Origin: a virus
DNA length: 64,000 bases
Reading direction: 5' to 3' (one strand)
Virus record (IMG/VR): IMGVR_UViG_3300025949_000019
Coordinates: 33,539-97,538 of that record
The translations under genes and the position numbers were made by a program. Positions 27,350-36,406 of the stretch are shown here, in pieces; the stretch's first letter is position 1, and each line of letters begins with the position of its first letter. The notes beneath the pieces are model-generated. The model had not been told where the DNA came from and did not search any database. It saw only the letters and a program-made list of their open reading frames with translations.

Positions 27350-27939
27350 TGCATATGCCTAAGATTCCATTCAAACAACTGAAGGTGCTGTTAACAAAGG
27401 GGAAAACCGCAGCAAAGAAAGCCGTGAAAGTTAAGAAAAAATTTGTAGGCATTGATGCTGAATCTAGAAAATATCTAAATGCAGTTTCTCCATATTGGCA
27501 ACGATTGGGTCAAACATACGGCGTAGCTATAGAGCATAAGCTACCGGAGAAGAATGTAAATATAAAAGCTGAGATAGAAAAAATGATTGATCATTTCAAC
27601 AAAGATTATAATTGCCGCTTGGAGTTAATAAACACAGGCCATTGTGCTGAATTTGCAGATGAATTAATAGAAAAAACTGGAGGCCTTGTTGTCGGAAATG
27701 ATCATCCACACTTGCTGAAGCGAAGAAAATTACCTGGCGGTGGTATGGCGTGGAGCCAACCAGATATGCCAGGTCATGTATGGATTTTCTGGAAGGGGAA
27801 ACATTATGATGCCATGACGCGCGATGGTGTTAAAGACTGGCGCGATTTGGATATTTTTAAATCACAAGGTGTATTTGAGCCAGAAAAGAAAAAAATTAAT
27901 CCTTATACAGGACTAGAGGAAGATTATGAAACAATCTGA
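27349..27939 (+). CDS. Hypothetical protein with possible Cys-His-Asp (papain/transglutaminase-like) triad
   Basis: INTGHCAEFA...GHVWIFWKGKHYDA; basic N-terminus. Confidence 0.55.
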   Translation: MHMPKIPFKQLKVLLTKGKTAAKKAVKVKKKFVGIDAESRKYLNAVSPYWQRLGQTYGVAIEHKLPEKNVNIKAEIEKMIDHFNKDYNCRLELINTGHCAEFADELIEKTGGLVVGNDHPHLLKRRKLPGGGMAWSQPDMPGHVWIFWKGKHYDAMTRDGVKDWRDLDIFKSQGVFEPEKKKINPYTGLEEDYETI

Positions 27940-28489
27940 GATTATCAACATCAAAATTGCAGAAACGCTTGGTATCGAACCAACAAAGACGACAACTGAT
28001 CTACCAGCAAAGGTTGATGTAGAACCATTGCCAGTTCCAGCAGAGAAAACAAAATTAGAAATCCTTCGAGACAAACCATTAGAAGAAGTCATCATAGATG
28101 AAGACTTTAATGATGCGCGAGATAATCTGAAGGATATCATCGAAAAGACAAACGATGCAATAACAAAACTCTCAATGATTGCAGAGGAATCGGAATCACC
28201 AAGAGCCTTCGAGGTCTTGGAAAAACTTCTTCGCCAAGCCACGGACGCAAACGATAAACTATTGAATCTATCAAAGCAAAGAAAAGAATTAACAAAAGGT
28301 TTGCCGATTCAACAGAAACCGCGTGGACATGAAGACTCAAACCAGCCTCCTGTCGTTCACCAAAACATTGAGAATGCAGTCTTCGTCGGTAACAGCACCG
28401 ACCTAGACAAGATGTTATCAGAGAGAAGAAATAAACAAAAGGAACAGAATGTTCAATTACCAACCGGTACCGTACAGGATCAAGAGTAG
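27926..28489 (+). CDS. gp16: Terminase small subunit gp16
   Basis: DF..AR.NL..IIE...A.ESESPRAFEV, N.KLL.L and NAVFVG.STDL.KML motifs. Confidence 0.9.
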   Translation: MKQSEIINIKIAETLGIEPTKTTTDLPAKVDVEPLPVPAEKTKLEILRDKPLEEVIIDEDFNDARDNLKDIIEKTNDAITKLSMIAEESESPRAFEVLEKLLRQATDANDKLLNLSKQRKELTKGLPIQQKPRGHEDSNQPPVVHQNIENAVFVGNSTDLDKMLSERRNKQKEQNVQLPTGTVQDQE

Positions 28490-30251
28490 TCATAAAGGCA
28501 AGCTACCAGTCGGGTTCAAAAACAATCCAAAGCTGTTACCAGCAAACGTAACAATCGAGTGGGACATAGAACAATTAGATGAATATGAAAAGTGTTCACA
28601 AGACCCACTTTACTTCATTGATACCTACTGCCAGATCAGAACCCTAGACAAAGGTCTTCAGCCTTTTAGATTGTATCCAAGACAAAAGGAAATGATAACG
28701 CTTTTCCATGAGGAAAGGTTTATCATAGTAAGAGCCGCACGTCAGGTCGGAAAATCAGAATCAGCCGCAGCTTACATGCTCTGGTATGCACTATTCAATC
28801 CACAGAAGTTCGTCGCAATCCTAGCAAACAAAGAAAAAACCGCGAAGGAAATCCTGCTAAAAGCAAAGAGAGCATTCATGGAATTGCCATTTTGGCTTCA
28901 GAAGGGCGTAACCTCTTGGAACCAAAACGACATTGAATTTGAAAATGGTTCTCGTCTTATGGCAGCCTCTACTGCATCGGACGCAATTCGTGGATACACG
29001 ATTAACCTTCTGTTTCTTGACGAATTCGCGCACGTTGAGACAAACCAAGCAGAAGAATTCTTCCAAGCTGTTTTCCCGACAATTTCATCTGGAGAAACCT
29101 CCAAGATCATAATCGTATCGACACCAAAAGGTTACAACCTGTTTTGGAAGCTTTGGGACGAATCCTGCAAGATCATCAAAGAAACAGGCAAATCAAAGAA
29201 CGGTTTCAAGAACTTCTTCTTCCACTATGCAGAAGTTCCTGGTAGGGATGAAGCGTGGGTTCAGGCTCAGCTTCATGCACTAGGTCCAGTTGGTTTCAGA
29301 AGTGAGGTCCTTTGTGACTTCATGGGTTCTAGCATGACGTTGATTTCGCCGGATGCAATGAACAGAATGACACCGGACGATCCAATCAACACAGAAGGTC
29401 GCTCTGACGATGTTGGGGCTGTTCACCATGGTTTGGATATCTACAAACTGCCAGAACCAGATCATTCCTATGTCATTGTCGTTGATACATCTAGAGGGCA
29501 CCATTTGGACTATTCTGCATTTGTTGTCTTTGATATCACACAGATGCCATATAGAATAGTGGCTAAATATAGAAGAAACGACATATCGACATTGGTTTAT
29601 CCAACAATCATTTCTGACGTTGGTAAGAGATACAACGATGCATATGCACTGGTCGAAATCAACGATGCAGGACAACAGGTTGCAGACTTAATGGTTACAG
29701 AGTGTGAGTACGAAAATATGTTCTATACATCAAAGAGCCGTTCACCTGCAAATCAGCCAGAATTCATCGGCAATCCAAAGACAATTTCATTCCCGGGTAT
29801 CAGAACAACGAAACCCGTAAAGAGAATCGGATGTAATGCATTTAAGACATTGGTAGAATTAGATCACCTGATCATAAATGACTATCACCTGATCTTTGAA
29901 ATTTCAACTTTTGTTATGACAAAAGATTCATTCGAAGCGGAAGAAGGCAAGAACGATGACTTGGTTATGTGTTGTGTTTTGTTCTCTTGGTTGACAACCC
30001 AGAACTTCTTCAAGGACCTGACTAACATTGATGTTAGGAAGAAAGTCTTGGAGAATTTTAGGCAAGAACGCGATGAAATGATGTTGCCAATCGTCGTCAT
30101 AAACATGGACGATACTGAAACCGGCACTGATCCGAGGGAGAAAAACACTCCATTGGTCGTGAAGGAAGACGGTGATTTGTGGTTTAGAGGGAATGCAACG
30201 ATGGATAATGTCTATGACTATCTTGGCATACCAAAATCCCCAAAGTTCTAA
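28449..30251 (+). CDS. gp17: Terminase large subunit gp17
   Basis: RQVGKS Walker A, LFLDEFAH Walker B, VSTPKG, VDTSRG...DYS and DDLVM nuclease motifs. Confidence 0.96.
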   Translation: MFNYQPVPYRIKSSHKGKLPVGFKNNPKLLPANVTIEWDIEQLDEYEKCSQDPLYFIDTYCQIRTLDKGLQPFRLYPRQKEMITLFHEERFIIVRAARQVGKSESAAAYMLWYALFNPQKFVAILANKEKTAKEILLKAKRAFMELPFWLQKGVTSWNQNDIEFENGSRLMAASTASDAIRGYTINLLFLDEFAHVETNQAEEFFQAVFPTISSGETSKIIIVSTPKGYNLFWKLWDESCKIIKETGKSKNGFKNFFFHYAEVPGRDEAWVQAQLHALGPVGFRSEVLCDFMGSSMTLISPDAMNRMTPDDPINTEGRSDDVGAVHHGLDIYKLPEPDHSYVIVVDTSRGHHLDYSAFVVFDITQMPYRIVAKYRRNDISTLVYPTIISDVGKRYNDAYALVEINDAGQQVADLMVTECEYENMFYTSKSRSPANQPEFIGNPKTISFPGIRTTKPVKRIGCNAFKTLVELDHLIINDYHLIFEISTFVMTKDSFEAEEGKNDDLVMCCVLFSWLTTQNFFKDLTNIDVRKKVLENFRQERDEMMLPIVVINMDDTETGTDPREKNTPLVVKEDGDLWFRGNATMDNVYDYLGIPKSPKF

Positions 30252-30254
30252 ATA
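30247..30254 (+). promoter_or_regulatory. T4-type late promoter variant (TCTAAATA)
   Basis: Overlaps the gp17 stop, upstream of the gp18 SD (AAGGAG). Confidence 0.5.
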
Positions 30255-30311
30255 GTTGAAGATGAAAATAGCAGCAAAATAATATAGAAAAAAGAACAAG
30301 GAGATACACTA

Positions 30312-32198
30312 ATGAGCTTCCAGTTAAGTCCCGGCGTAGCGGTCTCAGAAATTGACCTAACAACTATCGTACCAAGCGTTGCCTCAACGGGTGGTGCATA
30401 TGCAGGATTTTTTGCATGGGGTCCTATTGGATTGCCAGTATTGATCCCAAATCAAGATCAACTAGTAACCATTTTCGGAAAACCCGACAACAACACATTT
30501 ACACACTTCTTCACCTGCTCAAACTTCCTAGATTACGGTTCAAACCTAAAGGTTGTTCGTGCTAGTGCAGCAAACAGCAAAAACTCTACTGCAAACGGCA
30601 ATGGTCTTCTGATCAAAAACCGTGACGATTACGATGCAAACTATTCTTCTGGCGGAAATGCAGAAGGACCTTGGGCTGCTCGTTATGCTGGTGCACTTGG
30701 AAACAGCCTTAAAGTGTCTGTTTGCCCATCTGCAAACGCATTCTCGTCAAACCTAACTTCCCAATTTGCAGTTACCGCAAACGTTTCAAATAACAGCACA
30801 ATCGTAACCTTCTCTGGTCCAATCGCAAACAGCGTTGTCGTTGGCGATTATGTCAAGATCGGTTCAAACCCATACATCAAAGTTGCAACAGTCGGTGCAA
30901 ACCTAGTTTCACTTGTTTCTGCACCAACAGTAAATGCAAACGTAGCAGTCGCACTTCGTAAATGGGAGTTCGCAGACAAGTTCATCGGTGCACCTGGCAC
31001 ATCAAGTCAAATTGGTGCAGAAAATGGTGTCAATGATGAATTGCACGCCGTTGTCGTGGACGAAGATGGAAAATTCACTGGTGTTCCTGGCACATTGCTA
31101 GAGAAATACCAATTCCTATCCAAGGCTACCGACGCAAAGACAGACGATGGCAGCAGCAACTACTATGTAAATTGGGTCAACAATAACTCTGCATTCGTCT
31201 GGTGGCTTGCATTCCCAGCCCTTGCAGTCAATTGGGGAACTGCTGGTCTCAATACAACATACACAGATATCTACAAGCCACAGACATTCTCCCTTAACGG
31301 TGGTGTCGATGCAGCACCAACAGATGCAGATATCATCAATGGTTATGACTTGTTTGCAGACCCAGACAGCATCGATGTTTCATTGATCCTTGGTGGTCCA
31401 TGCAGCAGCACTGTCGCGGCTCACATTATTCAAGACGTTGCAGAACTAAGAAAAGATGCGGTCGCATTCATTTCACCACTTCGCCAGAACGTTGTTCAAA
31501 ACTCTGGAAACGAACTAAGTGACGTTACTGCGCTTCGCGATGTTTTGCCATCTTCTAGCTATGCATTCATGGATAACAACTGGAAATACCAGTTCGACAA
31601 GTACAATGACGTATACCGTTGGGTTCCATTGAACGGAGACATTGCTGGACTGTGCGTAAGAACAGATAACGACAGAGACCCATGGTGGTCACCTGGCGGA
31701 TTCAACCGTGGTCAGATCAAGAACGTTGTCAAGCTTGCTTGGAACGCATCTAGAGCCGACAGGGATGAGCTATACAAAGCATCCGTCAACCCAGTTGTAT
31801 CGTTCCCAGGCGAAGGAACTGTTCTATTTGGAGACAAGACACTTCTTGCAAAACCATCTGCATTCGATAGAATTAACGTTCGTCGTTTGTTCATCATCCT
31901 AGAGAAGTCAATCTCGATTGCAGCTAAGTTTAGCTTGTTCGAGTTTAACGACAGCTTCACAAGAGCCCAATTCGTAGCATTGGTTGAACCATTCCTACGT
32001 TTGGTCCAAGGACGCCGTGGTATTATTGACTTCAAAGTAGTTTGTGACGAAACAAACAACCCAGGCGAAATCATCGATAGAAACGAATTCGTTGGAGATA
32101 TCTACATCAAGGCTGCTAGAAGCATCAACTTCATCCAGCTTAACTTCGTTGCTACAAGAAGCGATGTTGCATTCTCTGAAATCGTCGGTAAGTTCTAA
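30312..32198 (+). CDS. gp18: Tail sheath protein gp18
   Basis: MSFQLSPGVAVSEIDLT, WWSPGGFNRG, FGDKT...SAFDRINVRRLF. Confidence 0.97.
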   Translation: MSFQLSPGVAVSEIDLTTIVPSVASTGGAYAGFFAWGPIGLPVLIPNQDQLVTIFGKPDNNTFTHFFTCSNFLDYGSNLKVVRASAANSKNSTANGNGLLIKNRDDYDANYSSGGNAEGPWAARYAGALGNSLKVSVCPSANAFSSNLTSQFAVTANVSNNSTIVTFSGPIANSVVVGDYVKIGSNPYIKVATVGANLVSLVSAPTVNANVAVALRKWEFADKFIGAPGTSSQIGAENGVNDELHAVVVDEDGKFTGVPGTLLEKYQFLSKATDAKTDDGSSNYYVNWVNNNSAFVWWLAFPALAVNWGTAGLNTTYTDIYKPQTFSLNGGVDAAPTDADIINGYDLFADPDSIDVSLILGGPCSSTVAAHIIQDVAELRKDAVAFISPLRQNVVQNSGNELSDVTALRDVLPSSSYAFMDNNWKYQFDKYNDVYRWVPLNGDIAGLCVRTDNDRDPWWSPGGFNRGQIKNVVKLAWNASRADRDELYKASVNPVVSFPGEGTVLFGDKTLLAKPSAFDRINVRRLFIILEKSISIAAKFSLFEFNDSFTRAQFVALVEPFLRLVQGRRGIIDFKVVCDETNNPGEIIDRNEFVGDIYIKAARSINFIQLNFVATRSDVAFSEIVGKF

Positions 32199-32212
32199 AA
32201 GAAGCTAGAAAT

Positions 32213-32413
32213 ATGTCACATCTATTTCTAACATTGCTTGGAGTCGGCGGATTCATCGTTGCATTTCTTGGTCTTGGATATGCAGTCGTAGCAGGAGCCG
32301 ATCCAGAAGGGCGTGGCGGAAGCGACGCCCTTCTAGGTCTTCTTGTTGCACTACTTGGCACAACAACATTTTTCACATCGATCGGTTTGTCAATTTGGCA
32401 ATATTTCCACTAA
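32213..32413 (+). CDS. Small two-TM membrane protein
   Basis: 66 aa with two hydrophobic segments; fills the gap after gp18. Confidence 0.65.
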   Translation: MSHLFLTLLGVGGFIVAFLGLGYAVVAGADPEGRGGSDALLGLLVALLGTTTFFTSIGLSIWQYFH

Positions 32414-32416
32414 ATA
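32409..32416 (+). promoter_or_regulatory. T4-type late promoter variant (ACTAAATA)
   Basis: 6 nt before ATG 32423. Confidence 0.55.
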
Positions 32417-32422
32417 TATCAT

Positions 32423-32656
32423 ATGAAAACATACAAACAGTTGATTTCGGAGTTGAGCCTAACAACACTGACAAGATATCGCCATGCAGCAAGAAAATCA
32501 ATCCCTGCTCTTAGGGATGCATCTAAAAAAACTAGCTATATTGATGCAAATATCTTGGATAAGGCTTTTAATAGAGAAGATGGCGTAAGGCTCGCAACCA
32601 AGAAAATCAACCGTAAGATGGCTGTACAGAAATTAGCAAAACCATTAGAAAAATAA
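32423..32656 (+). CDS. Putative internal head protein (capsid-targeting leader)
   Basis: MKTYKQLISE resembles the T4 IP leader MKTYQEFIAE; basic protein. Confidence 0.7.
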   Translation: MKTYKQLISELSLTTLTRYRHAARKSIPALRDASKKTSYIDANILDKAFNREDGVRLATKKINRKMAVQKLAKPLEK

Positions 32657-32673
32657 TAGGAGTATAGACAAAA

Positions 32674-33216
32674 ATGCCATTCAATATTTCAGAATTCCGT
32701 TCTCAGATGACCCGTGATGGTGCTCGTCCTAACCTCTTTGAGGTTCAGATGAATTTCCCAAATTTCTCTGATCCAACTGCCTCACAGAAGTTGACGTTTA
32801 TGTGCAAGACCTCACAACTTCCGGGAACCACAGTCAACCCAATTCCAGTCTATTACTTTGGACGTGAAATCAAACTAGCTGGCAATCGTCAGTTTCCTGA
32901 ATGGACAATTTCAGTTCTGAACGATGAGGATTTCCAAGTCAGAACAGCATTCGAGAAATGGCTGAATGGTATCAACAGCCACCGTGGAAACCTACGTGAT
33001 GCATCAGCAGGATTTCCAGAAGGATATACACAGGATGCATCAGTTATCCATTATGGAAAAACAGGCGATGTTATCAAGACATACAAGTTTATTGGAATGT
33101 TCCCAAATGACGTAAGCCCAATCGATCTAGACTGGTCGCAGAACGATACAATTGAAGAATTTGCAGTCACACTTTCGTACCAGTGGTGGGAAATCGTCGA
33201 AGACGGCATTCTTTAA
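32674..33216 (+). CDS. gp19: Tail tube protein gp19
   Basis: GARPNLFEV, LPG....I.V.YFGREIKLAG.R.F.EWTI..NDEDF, IEEF.VT..YQWW. Confidence 0.96.
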   Translation: MPFNISEFRSQMTRDGARPNLFEVQMNFPNFSDPTASQKLTFMCKTSQLPGTTVNPIPVYYFGREIKLAGNRQFPEWTISVLNDEDFQVRTAFEKWLNGINSHRGNLRDASAGFPEGYTQDASVIHYGKTGDVIKTYKFIGMFPNDVSPIDLDWSQNDTIEEFAVTLSYQWWEIVEDGIL

Positions 33217-33252
33217 TCTTTTGCGTCTGCTACATATAATTGAACGACTGAT

Positions 33253-33279
33253 AATGAGGGTTGTGAAAGACCCTCATTT
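33253..33279 (+). terminator. Hairpin after gp19, probable intrinsic terminator
   Basis: AATGAGGGTT-GTGAAA-GACCCTCATT followed by a short T-rich tract. Confidence 0.6.
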
Positions 33280-33312
33280 CATTCATAATAACGTGAGGAA
33301 ATAGAAAGTTTC

Positions 33313-35310
33313 ATGTCAGAATTCTTAAGGTTGTTAGGTTTTAATTTTGGTCCTAACACGTCTATCACAAAGGAAGTTCCAAAAGAGGAACGTTCTCCAA
33401 TCACCCCAGTCAATGAAGATGGGGCAGTCACCATTCAGTCTACGCCATACTATGGCACCTACATCGACCTAGAAGGTTCGGTCAGAAACGAAGTAGAGTT
33501 AATCACGAAATATCGCTCAATGTCAATTCAACCCGAGTTGGAAAGAGCAATCGATGAAGTCGTAAACGAAGCAATTCAAAAGGACGAAGAAGGTGATATC
33601 GTTGAACTTGACCTAGATGACTTGAAGGTCTCTGAGGGAACAAAGGAACGAGTCATTGAAGAATTCGAAGAAGTCCTGAAATTATTGAACTTCAACACAA
33701 CACCAGATGAAATCTTCAGAAGATGGTACATAGATGGTAGAATTTACTATCACATCATCGTAAACGAAATTGATCCATCAACCGGCATACGAGAACTACG
33801 CTATGTCGATCCTCGTAGAATCAGAAAAATCCGTGAGATTCAGAAGAAAAAGGACCCATTGACTGGTGCAGATGTTATTGTCAAGATCAATGAGTATTTT
33901 CTATATTCTGAGAAAGTCACGCTCTCACAGACAGTCTCTACAAACCTAGGTCTAAAGATCGCGCCAGATTCAATCATCTATGTCAATTCGTCTTTGATGG
34001 ATGAGAAGGGTTTGATGGTTCTTTCCTATCTACACAAAGCAATCAAACCCCTAAACAATCTAAGAATGGTAGAAGATGCATTGGTCATCTACCGACTTTC
34101 TAGGGCTCCAGAACGTAGAGTGTTTTACATTGACGTTGGTAATATGCCGAAGCAAAAAGCAGACCAATATCTGTATGACATTATGATGAAGTACAGAAAC
34201 AAATTGGTTTATGATGCCTCGACAGGTGAGGTTCGTGACGATAGAAAACACTTGAATATGATGGAGGACTTCTGGATTCCACGTCGCGGAGAAGGAAAGT
34301 CAACAGAAATCTCTACACTTCAATCTGGACAAAACCTGTCTAGAATCGAAGATGCTGAATTCTTCAAGAAGAAGCTATACGAATCGCTTGGAATCCCGGT
34401 TGGTCGTCTAAACCTTGATGGAAATGCTCCCTCAATCGTCGGTGTTGGTCGTTCTACTGAGGTCACAAGGGAAGAACTTAAGTTTGCCAAATTCATTGAT
34501 CGTCTTCGTAACAAATTTTCAAATGTCTTCTTGAATGCACTTGGCACCCAACTTCGCCTAAAGAATGTCTGTAATGAAGAAGAATGGAATGTTCTAAAGC
34601 AAGACATTAAATTCAAGTGGTTAAAATCAAACAACTTCGATGAACTCCTAGAAGGCGAACTTCTACGCGAGAGACTGATCACCCTTCAAGCAATCGATCC
34701 ATATGTTGGTCGTTATTTCTCGACAGAGTGGGTCAAAAAGAACGTCCTTCATATGAATGATGAAGAAATCTTGGAGATGGATGCACAGATCGAATCTGAG
34801 AATGAAGTCGGAACGCCTGCAATGGAAGGATCACCACTTCAAGTCCAACAGCAACAGCTTGACCAACAAGACCAGATGCAAACAATGGCACTTCAACAAC
34901 ACGATGCAGCCCTAGATCAACAAGATGCAGTCACGGGCGCAATCAAGGATGGCGGTGCTCAGATTGCAATTCAAGGCGCAATGATGCCTCCGGGACAAGG
35001 TGGTGGAGCAATCAACACATTCGGTAAGGCTGGCAAGAAACCGGGGCAACCTGGTCAAGGCAGCCCATTCGGAGGAACACCATCGGGTGCAGTTCCGGGT
35101 GATGGAGTCGGTGGCGGCGCTGGTTCTGGCGTAACGATGGGCGCAGGAACAGGTGGAGACATGAACATGGCTGGTGGCCAACAACAAAACGGACCAGTCG
35201 CACAACCCAAGATCGGAAATGCTCCCGGATCAGGGAAGAAGATTGCATCGAAGATGAAGAAGAAGGGTGCAGCAAACAGCAAAAAGAGGTTGAGTGGCGG
35301 TCTTCAATAG
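33313..35310 (+). CDS. gp20: Portal protein gp20 with long low-complexity C-terminal extension
   Basis: FRRWYIDGR, YLHKAIKPLNNLRMVEDALVIYRLSRAPERRVFYIDVGNMPK, EDFWIPRRG. Confidence 0.97.
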   Translation: MSEFLRLLGFNFGPNTSITKEVPKEERSPITPVNEDGAVTIQSTPYYGTYIDLEGSVRNEVELITKYRSMSIQPELERAIDEVVNEAIQKDEEGDIVELDLDDLKVSEGTKERVIEEFEEVLKLLNFNTTPDEIFRRWYIDGRIYYHIIVNEIDPSTGIRELRYVDPRRIRKIREIQKKKDPLTGADVIVKINEYFLYSEKVTLSQTVSTNLGLKIAPDSIIYVNSSLMDEKGLMVLSYLHKAIKPLNNLRMVEDALVIYRLSRAPERRVFYIDVGNMPKQKADQYLYDIMMKYRNKLVYDASTGEVRDDRKHLNMMEDFWIPRRGEGKSTEISTLQSGQNLSRIEDAEFFKKKLYESLGIPVGRLNLDGNAPSIVGVGRSTEVTREELKFAKFIDRLRNKFSNVFLNALGTQLRLKNVCNEEEWNVLKQDIKFKWLKSNNFDELLEGELLRERLITLQAIDPYVGRYFSTEWVKKNVLHMNDEEILEMDAQIESENEVGTPAMEGSPLQVQQQQLDQQDQMQTMALQQHDAALDQQDAVTGAIKDGGAQIAIQGAMMPPGQGGGAINTFGKAGKKPGQPGQGSPFGGTPSGAVPGDGVGGGAGSGVTMGAGTGGDMNMAGGQQQNGPVAQPKIGNAPGSGKKIASKMKKKGAANSKKRLSGGLQ

Positions 35311-35318
35311 CCTAAATA
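35311..35318 (+). promoter_or_regulatory. T4-type late promoter variant (CCTAAATA)
   Basis: 4 nt before ATG 35323. Confidence 0.55.
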
Positions 35319-35322
35319 ATAT

Positions 35323-35793
35323 ATGGTAAAGAAGACAAAAACAACATACTATCACAAGAAACTCGGACCTGTTTCTAAGCTAGAACGTCGCTTGGAAAAA
35401 ACAAAAGCAGCCGATGTTCTTGGTAAGTTTGGTGACCACACAAAGGACAGAGTAAAGACGGTTGCGACTGTCTCTACTGGAGCCGCTGCAATCGGAACAC
35501 TAGGAGCAGCCGCAGCATTGGCGGCTCATTTTGCCGGCGGACCGTCTAATGCAGTTGCACCGACATTTCATGATTCTTATTTCTTTCATCCAGACCCAAT
35601 TCCACTAACGAGTGAGGAAGTTGATATGAACACGAAGAACAAAATAGAAGAACTTGTTGATCTTGTTTCCGTTGGTGTGGCTGAAAATTTACTGGACGAA
35701 GTTGCAAACCAAGTCCTCGGAGATAAGATAAGTGACCTATTGTATCAAAGAAGATTGCAGATAGCAGAGACATTATTTAAGGATAAAGACTAA
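35323..35793 (+). CDS. Prohead core gp67-like domain fused to N-terminal basic/Gly-Ala zipper segment
   Basis: C-terminal LGDKISDLL..RR..IA..LF; sits in the gp67 position after the portal. Confidence 0.6.
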   Translation: MVKKTKTTYYHKKLGPVSKLERRLEKTKAADVLGKFGDHTKDRVKTVATVSTGAAAIGTLGAAAALAAHFAGGPSNAVAPTFHDSYFFHPDPIPLTSEEVDMNTKNKIEELVDLVSVGVAENLLDEVANQVLGDKISDLLYQRRLQIAETLFKDKD

Positions 35794-35794
35794 C

Positions 35795-36406
35795 ATGGCT
35801 AAACATCATAAAAAAACCCACAAGCACTCTCACTATCATATCGGTCTTCCACCAAGGGAAGACAAGAGATACAAGAAAAACTTCATCTCAAAGCACCTGA
35901 AAGGTGTGACACAAGAAGAAACAGAGAACCTACAGGAATTGGGTTTGGCTGATGTTGCTAATCCAGTAGGTGCAATTGGTCGTGCTGGTGCAACAGTCGC
36001 AGGTAGATTGCAAGCTCGTCAGAGAAATGACAGAAGTAGAGCAGAAAAAAGTTCTGAGAGAACATCATCGGCTGTTAAGACAGGTTTGGCTGGTGCAGCA
36101 TTAGGGTCTGCTGCTGGATTGCCTGGTGCTGCAATTGGTGGAGCCGCTGGTGCAGTAGGTGGTTATTTGGGAGCAAGATCAGATCAAGCGAAGGATAAAA
36201 TGAAAGCAAAAGAACCATTACTAAGCACAGAAGAAATCGAATTAGTTGGCGCTGCAATTGACAGAATCTCAGCAGACGCAAATCAAGATGAAGCAAGGGA
36301 ATTCATTGCACAGGCTCTTGGCAACAAGATTCTTACAAACCTAGAATACAGAAAAGCAGAACTAGCACAGGCTATTTTCGGAACACATCAAGGAAATGAC
36401 GAATAA
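35795..36406 (+). CDS. Second gp67-like protein with His/Lys-rich N-terminus and glycine zipper
   Basis: C-terminal ALGNKILTNLEYRKAELAQAIF resembles that of the preceding gene; GLAGAALGSAAGLPGAAIGGAAGAVGG zipper. Confidence 0.6.
   Translation: MAKHHKKTHKHSHYHIGLPPREDKRYKKNFISKHLKGVTQEETENLQELGLADVANPVGAIGRAGATVAGRLQARQRNDRSRAEKSSERTSSAVKTGLAGAALGSAAGLPGAAIGGAAGAVGGYLGARSDQAKDKMKAKEPLLSTEEIELVGAAIDRISADANQDEAREFIAQALGNKILTNLEYRKAELAQAIFGTHQGNDE

Noticed and set aside
28449-30251. Intein or intron in terminase, portal or helicase
   Set aside because: Lengths and motif spacing are normal, and I saw no C...HN splice motifs or frame breaks.
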